Positions 55,283-64,000 of a stretch of 64,000 nt of DNA are shown piece after piece. A program made the position numbers and the translations under genes. The first letter of the stretch is position 1, and each line of letters begins with the position of its first letter. The notes under the pieces are model-generated. The model was not told where the DNA came from. It saw only the letters and a list, made by a program, of their open reading frames with translations, and did not search any database. Source of the DNA: Eubacteriales bacterium (GTDB taxonomy: Bacteria; Bacillota; Clostridia; Oscillospirales; CAG-272); NCBI GenBank assembly GCA_045535815.1, contig JAZSMJ010000014.1, positions 1,696 through 65,695 on the forward strand, written 5' to 3'.

Positions 55283-56581
55283 TTATTTTGCAATATATTT
55301 TGCAAGCATACCCTTGGTCTTCTCGTCTGCAGTTGCCAAAACCGTAACTGCCTCATCTCCGTACTCTATATCCTTAACTACGGCGTTTTTATAAAGGATA
55401 TTAAGCGCCGATTGCTCCGCATTGGGTATAACGAATGTTACGTCGGTCTTACCGAGATGAGCAAGCTCTGCCAGCTTCTCTGCAAGTCTGTCCATACCGA
55501 AGCCCGTCTGAGCCGATACGAATACCGCACGTGAATTTTCATTTCCGGCAAAGTTTTCCGTCAGGCTGACACCCGAAACATCGCACTTATTGTATACGTA
55601 TAAAACAGGCTTATCTCCTGCTCCAAGCTCTTCCATCAGCCCTTCTGTAACCTCAAGCTGATTTACGTGCTCGGGATCGGATACGTCTACAACGACTATT
55701 ATTATATCCGAATACGCCACCTCTTCAAGAGTAGATCTGAAGGCTTTTATAAGGTGGTGAGGCAGATTTCTTATAAAACCTACCGTATCGGTCAAAAGAA
55801 TTTCCGTGCCGTCAGGGAGCTCATATTTGCGTGTGGTTGGATCAAGTGTTGCAAACAGCTTATTCTCTGCAAGTATACCTGCTCCGGTAAGATAATTGAG
55901 TATGGTAGACTTTCCTGCATTAGTATATCCGGCGATAGCAACCTTGATTATTCCCGAGCGCTCTCGTGAGGATCTTTGAACCTTTCTGTTCTTTTCTATG
56001 GCAGAAAGCTTTTCCTCAAGCGCTTCCATTCTGCGTCTGACGTAACGTCTGTCGCTCTCAAGCTTTGTTTCACCAGGACCTCGCATGGCAATATTACCGC
56101 CCTGCTGTCTTGACATCGAAAGACCTTTTCCTGCAAGTCTTGGTACAGTATATTTAAGCTGAGCAAGCTCTACCTGAAGCTTGCCCTCTCCGCTTGTTGC
56201 GTGCAGGGCAAAAATATCAAGTATAAGCATACTGCGGTCTATTACTCTGACGTCTCCGCCTATGCCGTCCTCGATATTCCTTATCTGAGACGGAGAGAGC
56301 TCACAGTCAAAAACTACCAACCCTATATCGTTTGCATTGCAAAGAGAGGCAAGCTCAGCAAGCTTTCCACTTCCTATATAGGTACGGGAATCGGGATTAT
56401 CCTTCGATTGTACGAGCTTTGCAAAAACTTCTCCGCCTGCCGTTTCAAGCAATCTTTCAAGCTCATCAAACGATGCGTTCATTTCATGCTCGCTCATATC
56501 GGGCAGTAATACCGACACTATTATCGCCTGCTCTTTTTCCTCGGCGGTATCTATGCCGTTTTTTTCAAAATCCGTACTCAT
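55283..56581 (-). CDS. hflX: GTPase HflX
   Basis: 432 aa. It contains GEGKLQVELAQLKY, AIAGYTNAGKSTILN (G1), DTVGF (G3) and NKCD (G4). Confidence 0.93.
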   Translation of the reverse strand: MSTDFEKNGIDTAEEKEQAIIVSVLLPDMSEHEMNASFDELERLLETAGGEVFAKLVQSKDNPDSRTYIGSGKLAELASLCNANDIGLVVFDCELSPSQIRNIEDGIGGDVRVIDRSMLILDIFALHATSGEGKLQVELAQLKYTVPRLAGKGLSMSRQQGGNIAMRGPGETKLESDRRYVRRRMEALEEKLSAIEKNRKVQRSSRERSGIIKVAIAGYTNAGKSTILNYLTGAGILAENKLFATLDPTTRKYELPDGTEILLTDTVGFIRNLPHHLIKAFRSTLEEVAYSDIIIVVVDVSDPEHVNQLEVTEGLMEELGAGDKPVLYVYNKCDVSGVSLTENFAGNENSRAVFVSAQTGFGMDRLAEKLAELAHLGKTDVTFVIPNAEQSALNILYKNAVVKDIEYGDEAVTVLATADEKTKGMLAKYIAK

Positions 56582-56669
56582 TCTAAGCTATGCCCCCTTT
56601 CAATCAAAAAAGCAAGACAGCGTATAATAAATATCCGCAATCTTGCTTTATGCTGCTTGTGAATCCTTA

Positions 56670-56882
56670 TTATTTTGCCGATGCGGCTTCAAGACGCTTC
56701 TTGAACTTGTCAAGACGTCCGCCTGTGTCAACCAGCTTCTGCTTGCCCGTAAAGAAAGGATGGCATTTAGAGCAGATTTCAACTTTGATGTCCTCGCCCT
56801 TAGTGGATCTTGTCTTTACTTCAGAACCGCAAGCACACTTTATAGTTACTTCTGTATATTTCGGCTGAATTGCTTCCTTCAT
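56670..56882 (-). CDS. rpmE: 50S ribosomal protein L31 (type A, Cys-containing)
   Basis: 70 aa: [51 protein letters not shown]. Confidence 0.95.
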   Translation of the reverse strand: MKEAIQPKYTEVTIKCACGSEVKTRSTKGEDIKVEICSKCHPFFTGKQKLVDTGGRLDKFKKRLEAASAK

Positions 56883-57069
56883 CTATTACACCTCATTTCG
56901 CTTCCGAATTTCATTTCCGATATATTATATCACACTTTTTTTCGTTTTGCAATAGTTTTTAAAAAAATGTTTTTTACTCTTTTAATATTTATTTTTATGT
57001 GTTATAATATCTCCTGTAGTCGTAATTTGCGACGATAATATTGGCAAAGCGTTAGATCAGAGGCATTTT

Positions 57070-57948
57070 ATGTTAGATACGTTAAAAACTTACGAGCTTG
57101 ACGTTTCAATGCGTGAGGAGATACGCAAAAGAACAAAAGGCATTGGAATATCCTACTACAATTTCACAAATATGTTTATGTGGCGAAGGACACTAAACTA
57201 CCGTGTGCTTGAAGCAGACGGATGTATCTGCATTATCGGAAGATACAGAAATTATCCGCCTTTTATGCTCTTCCCTCTCGGTGATGATCCGATATCAGCC
57301 ATAAAAACTGTACAGTCCGAGTCAGGCACTATAAATATATCACATCTCTCAAAGGAAATGGCAGACGTCATAAAAGAAAGCTTTCCGAGTGCAATCATAA
57401 CGGACAATCCCGACTTCAGAGACTATATCTACCTTGCATCCGATCTTGACAATCTTGCAGGGCGCAAATTTCATCAGAAAAGAAACCACATAGCAAAATT
57501 CCACTCCAGATATAATATGGAGTATATTTCGGTAACAAAAAACGACACCTCAAATCTTCATATATTAAGGCAGGCGGCAGAGGAGCTTTTCATAAACCGT
57601 GAAGACGATGAGCTTCTCGACGAGCACGAGGCAATAATCGAGGTGCTGAATAACATTGAAGCGCTTGAGGTTACCGCCGCCGTTATACAGGTTGACGGAC
57701 AAAACGTTGCGTATACCATCGGCGAGATGATGAGCGATGATACTGCGCTTATCCACATAGAAAAGGCAGACCGAAGCTTCGAGGGAAGCTACAGCGTTAT
57801 AAACAGAGAATTTATCCACCGTGAGTTTGCCGATAAGGCAATTTACGTAAACCGTGAGGAAGACCTTGGAATAGAGGGCTTGAGAAAAGCCAAAATGTCG
57901 TATAATCCTATATCAATGCCACCGTCTTATTTCGCACGCTTCAAATAA
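57070..57948 (+). CDS. DUF2156 domain protein (MprF C-terminal-like acyl/aminoacyl transferase fold)
   Basis: 292 aa. GRKFHQKRNHIAKF matches my recollection of the DUF2156 family. Confidence 0.65.
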   Translation: MLDTLKTYELDVSMREEIRKRTKGIGISYYNFTNMFMWRRTLNYRVLEADGCICIIGRYRNYPPFMLFPLGDDPISAIKTVQSESGTINISHLSKEMADVIKESFPSAIITDNPDFRDYIYLASDLDNLAGRKFHQKRNHIAKFHSRYNMEYISVTKNDTSNLHILRQAAEELFINREDDELLDEHEAIIEVLNNIEALEVTAAVIQVDGQNVAYTIGEMMSDDTALIHIEKADRSFEGSYSVINREFIHREFADKAIYVNREEDLGIEGLRKAKMSYNPISMPPSYFARFK

Positions 57949-57990
57949 AAAAATTGACCCCCCTGCATTTTGCAGGGGGTATTTCAATTT
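57945..57990. terminator. Bidirectional terminator between the DUF2156 gene and rplS
   Basis: Stem ccccctgca (57959-57967) pairs with tgcaggggg (57971-57979), with A/T runs on both sides. Confidence 0.8.
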
Positions 57991-57992
57991 AC

Positions 57993-58334
57993 TCAGATAA
58001 TTTCCTTCAGCTTGGATTCCTTACCAACTCTGCCACGGAGATAGTAAAGCTTAGCTCTTCTAACCTTACCGTGTCTGATAACTTCTACCTTATCAACGTT
58101 GGGGGAGTGGAGCGGGAATGTCTTTTCCACGCCTACACCGTAGGATATCTTTCTTACGGTAAAGGTTTCGGAAATACCGCCGTTCTTCTTTGCGATAACG
58201 ATTCCTTCAAAAATCTGAATTCTCTCACGCGAACCTTCCTTGATCTTGTTGTGAACCTTTACGGTGTCACCGATAAGGAACTTAGGTGCGTTTTCTTTCA
58301 ACTGCTCATTTGTTAAAGCCTTAATTAAATCCAT
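57993..58334 (-). CDS. rplS: 50S ribosomal protein L19
   Basis: ATG 58334 follows AAGGAGGG. The sequence is [62 protein letters not shown]... Confidence 0.95.
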   Translation of the reverse strand: MDLIKALTNEQLKENAPKFLIGDTVKVHNKIKEGSRERIQIFEGIVIAKKNGGISETFTVRKISYGVGVEKTFPLHSPNVDKVEVIRHGKVRRAKLYYLRGRVGKESKLKEII

Positions 58335-58410
58335 AATATGGCCCTCCTTATTTCCGGGACATTCATGCAGAGCATACAGAGGACTGTCCGTTTTATAAAA
58401 TAACAAAGGT

Positions 58411-58439
58411 ATTATAACATATACCGATATTATTTGCAA
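58411..58439 (-). promoter_or_regulatory. rplS promoter (TTGCAA-17-TATAAT)
   Basis: The minus strand reads TTGCAA (58439-58434), a 17-nt spacer, then TATAAT (58416-58411). Confidence 0.6.
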
Positions 58440-58464
58440 GTTTTTTTAAAATATTTACAAAAAG

Positions 58465-59682
58465 TTAATTTTTGTCCCCTGCCATACGGTAAAACTTTTC
58501 TATTTCAGAGGTATTTCCGAAGTCTTTTTTGAAAAGCTTTTCCGAAAATGCATCTGCAAGGGCCTCATCGTCAAGCATTTTTTTCACGCCCGAATATATA
58601 CCGTCACTCGATATATCGGTAATTATACCGTATTCGCCGCCTGCAAGCTGTTCAGCAGCAGAAAGATAATCGGTTATAACTATCGGCTTATAAAGCATCT
58701 TGGCTTCTTCAACCGTTATGGGCTTTCCCTCGTATCTCGACGGCTGAACGTAAATATCACAGTCTCTGATATAGGTATAGGGATTATCGGTAACGCCGAG
58801 CAGTATAAGCCTGTCGGCAACACCGGCATCTACCGCCTGCACCTTCAGCTCATCAATATCTGCCTGATCTCCTCCTCCGAGAATGTACCATCGGAAGTCG
58901 TATCCGTCGTCAGACAGCCTTCTGATGACCGGGAGAATCATATCGTATCCCTTCTGATAGCTTATCCTTCCGACAGAAAGTATACGCTTGCCCGAGAACG
59001 CTGCGTCAGGATAGGTATCACCTCTCATCGAAAGCTCTCTTACAAGCGAGGGATCGTTTATATTTTCCATCATAACGCATCTGTCGGCTATCTCGGGAAG
59101 CTTTTCACAAAGAACGTCGTTTATCTTCTGCGAAACGGTTACTATATTATCGCATCTTTCAAAATACGATAGATAAAGCTGATCGTCACGGGGCGGATTT
59201 GCATAATCAAAATGGAGCCACGCTATCTTTTTGTCAGCGTTTACCTTATCGCACATATAGAACATGGTGCGATCGCCCCAATATGCCGCCGCAACGTCGT
59301 AATGCTCCTCAAGAGGCTTCATCTTGCCCATCATCTTGCACCAGAGCTTTGTTGCCGTAGCACTTCGCTTAGACTTTGATAATACTATCTTAATAAAATA
59401 AGGTAGTATTTCAAAAAGCGACAGCGGATTTTTCTTGACCACCGTATTCCACAGCGTTTTTGCGGCATTGGCTCCGCTCATAAGGAACAGATCGCCAAGC
59501 TCATCCATTTCGATAACGTTTATCTGCGAGGGTATCATCGAAAGAAACATTCCCTCTTTTTTGGCAAGAAGCAGATCAACGTCATATTTATCGTAATCCA
59601 GGCAGTTAGCAAAGGAAAGGAAGGATTTTTCCGTCCCTGCGTTATTCATTATTATTCCTATGATAAGCAGCTTTTTCTTCAT
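58465..59682 (-). CDS. Glycosyltransferase family 4 protein
   Basis: 405 aa. The C-terminal GT1/GT4 region is SVGRISYQKGYD..YVQPSRYEGKPITVEEAKMLYKPIV (E-X7-E-like). Confidence 0.8.
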   Translation of the reverse strand: MKKKLLIIGIIMNNAGTEKSFLSFANCLDYDKYDVDLLLAKKEGMFLSMIPSQINVIEMDELGDLFLMSGANAAKTLWNTVVKKNPLSLFEILPYFIKIVLSKSKRSATATKLWCKMMGKMKPLEEHYDVAAAYWGDRTMFYMCDKVNADKKIAWLHFDYANPPRDDQLYLSYFERCDNIVTVSQKINDVLCEKLPEIADRCVMMENINDPSLVRELSMRGDTYPDAAFSGKRILSVGRISYQKGYDMILPVIRRLSDDGYDFRWYILGGGDQADIDELKVQAVDAGVADRLILLGVTDNPYTYIRDCDIYVQPSRYEGKPITVEEAKMLYKPIVITDYLSAAEQLAGGEYGIITDISSDGIYSGVKKMLDDEALADAFSEKLFKKDFGNTSEIEKFYRMAGDKN

Positions 59683-59835
59683 ATTATAATTCTCTTTGAT
59701 TGTTATTTTTTGTATCCGTGTATCCTATATTATACCATTAAATAATATCCTCGTCAACAAAAAACAGCACACATTTGAGCTGCACGATACAAAAGCGCAG
59801 TTATTTATATTTTTTCACTTTTTTTGAAAAAAATA

Positions 59836-59864
59836 TTGCAATCAGCATATTTTTATGATAGAAT
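59836..59864 (+). promoter_or_regulatory. tRNA-Leu promoter (TTGCAA-17-TAGAAT with TGn)
   Basis: TTGCAA at 59836-59841, TG at 59856-59857, and TAGAAT at 59859-59864, about 15 nt upstream of the tRNA 5' end. Confidence 0.55.
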
Positions 59865-59879
59865 ATACGGGTAATAAAC

Positions 59880-59966
59880 GCCGGTGTGATGGAATTGGCA
59901 GACGTGCTGGACTCAAAATCCAGTGGTAGCGATACCGTGCGGGTTCGACCCCCGCCACCGGCACCA
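59880..59966 (+). tRNA. tRNA-Leu (anticodon CAA), long variable arm, CCA encoded
   Basis: GCCGGTGTGATGGAATTGGCAGACGTGCTGGACTCAAAATCCAGTGGTAGCGATACCGTGCGGGTTCGACCCCCGCCACCGGCACCA. The acceptor stem is GCCGGTG/CACCGGC. The anticodon loop is CTCAAAA. Confidence 0.93.
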
Positions 59967-59973
59967 AACAAGT

Positions 59974-60028
59974 ATAATCCGAACCAGATCTTCCCTGTGG
60001 GAGACGGGTTCGGATTATTTGTTTATTT
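59974..60028 (+). terminator. Terminator after tRNA-Leu
   Basis: A 12-bp stem ataatccgaacc (59974-59985) pairs with ggttcggattat (60007-60018), followed by ttgtttattt. Confidence 0.7.
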
Positions 60029-60136
60029 CGAGAGGTTTGAAGACACTCACTTCAAAAACGGCATAATCAAACGTCCGAACTCTAAACCAAGAGGACCGAG
60101 AAAGAAGAAACAATCTTGATTATGGAGGATTTGCTT

Positions 60137-60382
60137 ATGAGAAAACTTATCAGTTGTGAATTTAACTTCGATACCGTCTGTGTGGAGCTGAAGTTCTCGG
60201 ATGGCAGTATGATTGCTATTAATACCATTACAGTGGAGAATGAGATTGCCGACAATATGTATCAGCGGTCGGAACTGGACTATCTGATCTACAATGATCC
60301 CATAGCGTATGCCGAACTGATACTGAACGGCGATCCTGAAACATATTTGAAAACTGTAACCGAATACAAGCCGTTGGACTAA
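60137..60382 (+). CDS. Small hypothetical protein (81 aa)
   Basis: ATG 60137 lies 7 nt after GGAGGA. The sequence begins MRKLISCEFNFDTVCVELKFSDGSMIAINT... No family recognised. It is the first gene after tRNA-Leu. Confidence 0.5.
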   Translation: MRKLISCEFNFDTVCVELKFSDGSMIAINTITVENEIADNMYQRSELDYLIYNDPIAYAELILNGDPETYLKTVTEYKPLD

Positions 60383-60667
60383 TCACCACATACGGCTTTT
60401 CCGTATCTGGTTTTGCCATATATGGTAAAGCCACGTCTGGAAACTCCCGCACAAATAAATATAGATAAAAGAAATACTAATATAAAGAATTACTGACTAA
60501 TATTCTTTTTTTCTATTCTGATGAATGAAATGAATCGAAAGGAGAAAAAGGAGCACATGGTCTAATTCTTGAACTATCTGTCTTCTGCTATATTCCGGTG
60601 CACATATAGCAAATTAAAGCCGCCACAAGGAGCATTTGTTCCGTGTGGCGGCTGATTTATGACACGA

Positions 60668-60708
60668 TATAAAATGGCTCAGAGAGTGCTTGCTGCCCTC
60701 TGAGCCAT
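60668..60708 (-). terminator. Terminator of the 64-aa gene
   Basis: Stem atggctcagag (60674-60684) pairs with ctctgagccat (60698-60708), followed on the minus strand by tttat. Confidence 0.6.
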
Positions 60709-60717
60709 ACTTTATTA

Positions 60718-60912
60718 TTAAACGGACTTGCCGCTATTATTGTCTTTGGATGTCTTGAGCTTTTCTTGTTCCGCTGTCCATTCTGCGAATTCTCGCTGTC
60801 CTTCTTCGCTCTGATAGTATGCCATGATGTCGGGAAGGAGTCTGCGAGCGATGCTTTCGATGGTATGCTGCGGAATGTTGGTGTTATTGATGAGTTTTTT
60901 ACGTCTACCCAA
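60718..60912 (-). CDS. Small basic/acidic hypothetical protein (64 aa), possibly a DNA-binding protein of a mobile element
   Basis: TTG start 5-6 nt after AGGAGG. The sequence begins MGRRKKLINNTNIPQHTIESIARRLLPDIMAYYQSEEGQREFAEW... The functional guess rests on context only. Confidence 0.45.
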   Translation of the reverse strand: MGRRKKLINNTNIPQHTIESIARRLLPDIMAYYQSEEGQREFAEWTAEQEKLKTSKDNNSGKSV

Positions 60913-60947
60913 GAGTTCCTCCTTCGTATGCTGGTGGTTGAATTTGA

Positions 60948-61069
60948 AGGTGTCTTAGGTGTCTTTGGCGTTTGTGTTCTGCAACATTCCTTTCGTTTTG
61001 TTGTATGAAAAAAGCAGACCCTGTGTCAAGCAAATGCTTGTATAGGTGTCTGCGTGTCTTAGATGTCTT
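60948..61069. repeat. Two clusters of tandem 8-9-nt repeats RGRTGTCTT (iteron/operator-like) flanking the putative promoter of the 64-aa gene
   Basis: AGGTGTCTT occurs twice at 60948-60965. AGGTGTCTG, CGTGTCTT and AGATGTCTT lie at 61044-61069. A minus-strand TTGACA (61029-61024) lies between the clusters. Confidence 0.7.
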
Positions 61070-61154
61070 TGTTTAATTATATTATAGCAAAAAAGATGCG
61101 TTTTGTCAATGCTTCGATAGGTGTGAAATTCGGAACATTATGATTTATGTTTGA

Positions 61155-61624
<470 letters not shown>

Positions 61625-61646
61625 TTTTGTTAACATTTGTCGAAAA

Positions 61647-62070
<424 letters not shown>

Positions 62071-62287
62071 CTAAATGAAAGTCAACCAAAGGGGATAAGG
62101 ATGAAATTGAGATTGTATATGTCTATTATGTAGAATAAAAGTCAGAATACATATGTGCATACAAATGTGTCGTATCTGTAGATGTACCCTTTTGTATGTA
62201 TATAAAGTAAAAAACAAACTACAAATTCAAAAAAGCCAATCGCTATAATCATCATATAAACATAACACAGGAGTTCGTGTTTGAAAT

Positions 62288-63088
62288 ATGGAATACTCAA
62301 TAGAATATTTTTGCGTAAGTCATAAGGGCAATTTACGAAGTACAAATCAAGATAACTTCTACTGCCTTAACGAATATATGCCTTCCGATAATAATGGAAG
62401 CGATGGAGTCATTAACGGAGTGGCTCGTAGCATGGACACTCCCGTTTTTGCCGTTTTTGACGGTATGGGCGGCGAAGAATGCGGCGAGGTTGCTGCATAC
62501 ATTGCGGCAAAACAAATATCTGAATGTAAATTTGAGGACACTTCTCATTTGGAGCTATTGCAATACTGTAAAATCGCAAATGATGAAATATGCAAATATA
62601 CAGCAGAAAATTCACTGGTTTCTATGGGAACAACAGCGGCGATCCTAATGTTCGCAAAGAAAAAAATATTACTTTGCAATATAGGTGACAGTAAAATCTT
62701 CCGCTTTACTGATGGTGTTCTTCAGCAAATATCCTACGATCATGTGTCAATATCAGCGTTTGGAACAAAACCTCCTTTGACACAGAATTTGGGGATTAAA
62801 GAAGATGAGCTAATCATTTCACCATATACAGCAACAGGAGAATATCATAACCATGATATTTACTTGATTTGTTCAGATGGATTGACCGATATGGTTTCAA
62901 ACGAAGATATTGGCAACATACTGAATAACTCTCAGAAAGAAAACAGTGCTGATCTTTTACTCCAAAAAGCATTGGAAAACGGCGGTAAAGACAATATAAC
63001 CTTAATCCTGCTATACATAAGTAAGGATGACAAAAACATCGTTAAAAGAATCATAGAAAGTTTGAGGTATAGACATGGCAAAAATTAA
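62288..63088 (+). CDS. PP2C-family Ser/Thr protein phosphatase
   Basis: 266 aa. It contains RSTNQDNF, FAVFDGMGGEECGEVAA, LCNIGDSKIF, ICSDGLTDMV and GGKDNITLIL. Confidence 0.88.
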   Translation: MEYSIEYFCVSHKGNLRSTNQDNFYCLNEYMPSDNNGSDGVINGVARSMDTPVFAVFDGMGGEECGEVAAYIAAKQISECKFEDTSHLELLQYCKIANDEICKYTAENSLVSMGTTAAILMFAKKKILLCNIGDSKIFRFTDGVLQQISYDHVSISAFGTKPPLTQNLGIKEDELIISPYTATGEYHNHDIYLICSDGLTDMVSNEDIGNILNNSQKENSADLLLQKALENGGKDNITLILLYISKDDKNIVKRIIESLRYRHGKN

Positions 63089-64000
63089 CTTAGAACAAAT
63101 ATGGTCAGACTGGCACGCAGAAGAAAAACCTCTCGGTAAAGGCTCATATGGTACAGTCTATAAAGCGGTACGACAGGACAATAATCTGACGAGTTATTCT
63201 GCCGTCAAAGTTATTTCCATTCCGCAGGACCCTTCTGAAATCGATACTCTTCGTTCGGAAGGGCTGGATATGAATCAATCAAAGACTTACCTTAAAGGCG
63301 TTGTTGATGATTTTGTCAGAGAGATTCAGCTTATGCAATCTTTCAAGGGAACACAAAATATTGTCAGCGTAGAAGATTACAAGGTGGTTCCCAAAACCGA
63401 TGAGATCGGATGGGATATTTACATCCGGATGGAGTTGTTGACATCGTTCAACGAATATGTCTGTGACAAAAAGATGTCTGAGCAGGATGTTATTAAGTTA
63501 GGCATTGATATTTGTACTGCTCTTGAGATGTGCGAATCACGCAACATTATCCATCGTGACATTAAACCGGACAATATCTTTATCAATGATTTCGGCTATT
63601 TTAAGCTCGGTGATTTTGGTATTGCCCGTACAATGGCGAATATGACAAATGGAATGTCTCAGAAAGGCACACCATTTTATATGGCACCGGAAGTATTTGT
63701 AAGTAACAGATATGATGCCAGAGTCGATATTTGTTCTCTTGGTATAGTAATGTACAAGTTGTTGAATAAAGATTTACTTCCGTTCATCGAAAGCAAGGAT
63801 CAGCTTATGAATCCCAATGCTAAAGCGAATGCATTGGAACGCAGAAAACTTGGCGAACCTATGATCCCTCCGTGCGAAGCATCCCCTGCTATGGCTAACC
63901 TTATTCTCAGAGCTTGTGCTCATGATCCCGATGATCGTTTTGCCAACGCTTCTGAAATGAAAGCAGCACTTATGAGTGTACAGAACGGTACATACAAAAT
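63075..64000 (+). CDS. Hanks-type Ser/Thr protein kinase (N-terminal catalytic domain; 3' end beyond window)
   Basis: Not in the track because it is open at the window edge. ATG 63075 overlaps the phosphatase gene by 14 nt. It contains LGKGSYGTVYKA (G-loop), AVKVI (Lys), HRDIKPDNIFI (catalytic loop), LGDFGIAR (DFG) and PFYMAPE (APE). Confidence 0.88.
   Translation, partial: MAKINLEQIWSDWHAEEKPLGKGSYGTVYKAVRQDNNLTSYSAVKVISIPQDPSEIDTLRSEGLDMNQSKTYLKGVVDDFVREIQLMQSFKGTQNIVSVEDYKVVPKTDEIGWDIYIRMELLTSFNEYVCDKKMSEQDVIKLGIDICTALEMCESRNIIHRDIKPDNIFINDFGYFKLGDFGIARTMANMTNGMSQKGTPFYMAPEVFVSNRYDARVDICSLGIVMYKLLNKDLLPFIESKDQLMNPNAKANALERRKLGEPMIPPCEASPAMANLILRACAHDPDDRFANASEMKAALMSVQNGTYK

Noticed and set aside
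58335-58410. Hairpin-containing leader upstream of rplS (CGGACA..atgc-tct-gcat..TGTCCCG) as a possible L19 ribosomal-protein leader.
   Set aside because: The stem-loop exists, but I cannot recall the covariance-model consensus well enough to assign it. An Infernal scan is needed.
59886-60119. Track ORF of 77 aa starting inside tRNA-Leu.
   Set aside because: It overlaps a canonical tRNA-Leu(CAA) and its terminator hairpin. No SD is present.

Overview
The window looks like a chromosomal segment of a low-to-mid GC Clostridia genome. The dockerin protein, Rnf complex, bile-salt-hydrolase-like gene and gene order suggest Ruminococcus/Oscillospiraceae, but that is inference only. Most of it is ordinary core genome, largely on the minus strand. 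Core content includes rnfCDGEAB with NusG-II, Gx-transporter and ApbE accessory genes, tmRNA and smpB, ispE, an HtrA-like protease, and a two-component system. It also includes a GlpP-controlled glycerol-3-phosphate dehydrogenase operon, ychF, the dgt-dnaG-rpoD operon, hflX, rpmE, rplS, tRNA-Gln and tRNA-Leu. The six-frame track omits two edge-truncated genes that I translated by hand. One is a dockerin-bearing multidomain secreted protein at 1-2685 (minus). The other is a Hanks-type Ser/Thr kinase at 63075-64000 (plus). The track also omits all RNA genes. The best second-look candidates are these. (1) A single 531-aa ABC-type ATPase fused to a DUF4435/TOPRIM-like domain (PARIS/OLD-like) sits in a small islet with an IS3 transposase next to tmRNA. 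(2) An unusually short PFL-type glycyl radical enzyme with its activase forms a separate operator-controlled cassette beside the glp operon. (3) Three intergenic tandem TGGTGTCA direct repeats with 11-12 bp spacing (Pho-box-like) bracket the GRE and glp cassettes, next to an OmpR-type regulator that carries an in-frame TAG. (4) A foreign-looking region after tRNA-Leu holds a decayed serine recombinase whose halves face each other. It also holds a 108-bp segment with a perfect consensus promoter flanked by 13-bp inverted repeats (a candidate inverton) pointing at a PP2C phosphatase/kinase operon. (5) A BIME-like mosaic of short hairpins flanks an XRE-TPR regulator gene next to tRNA-Gln. I saw no CRISPR array, prophage or rRNA.
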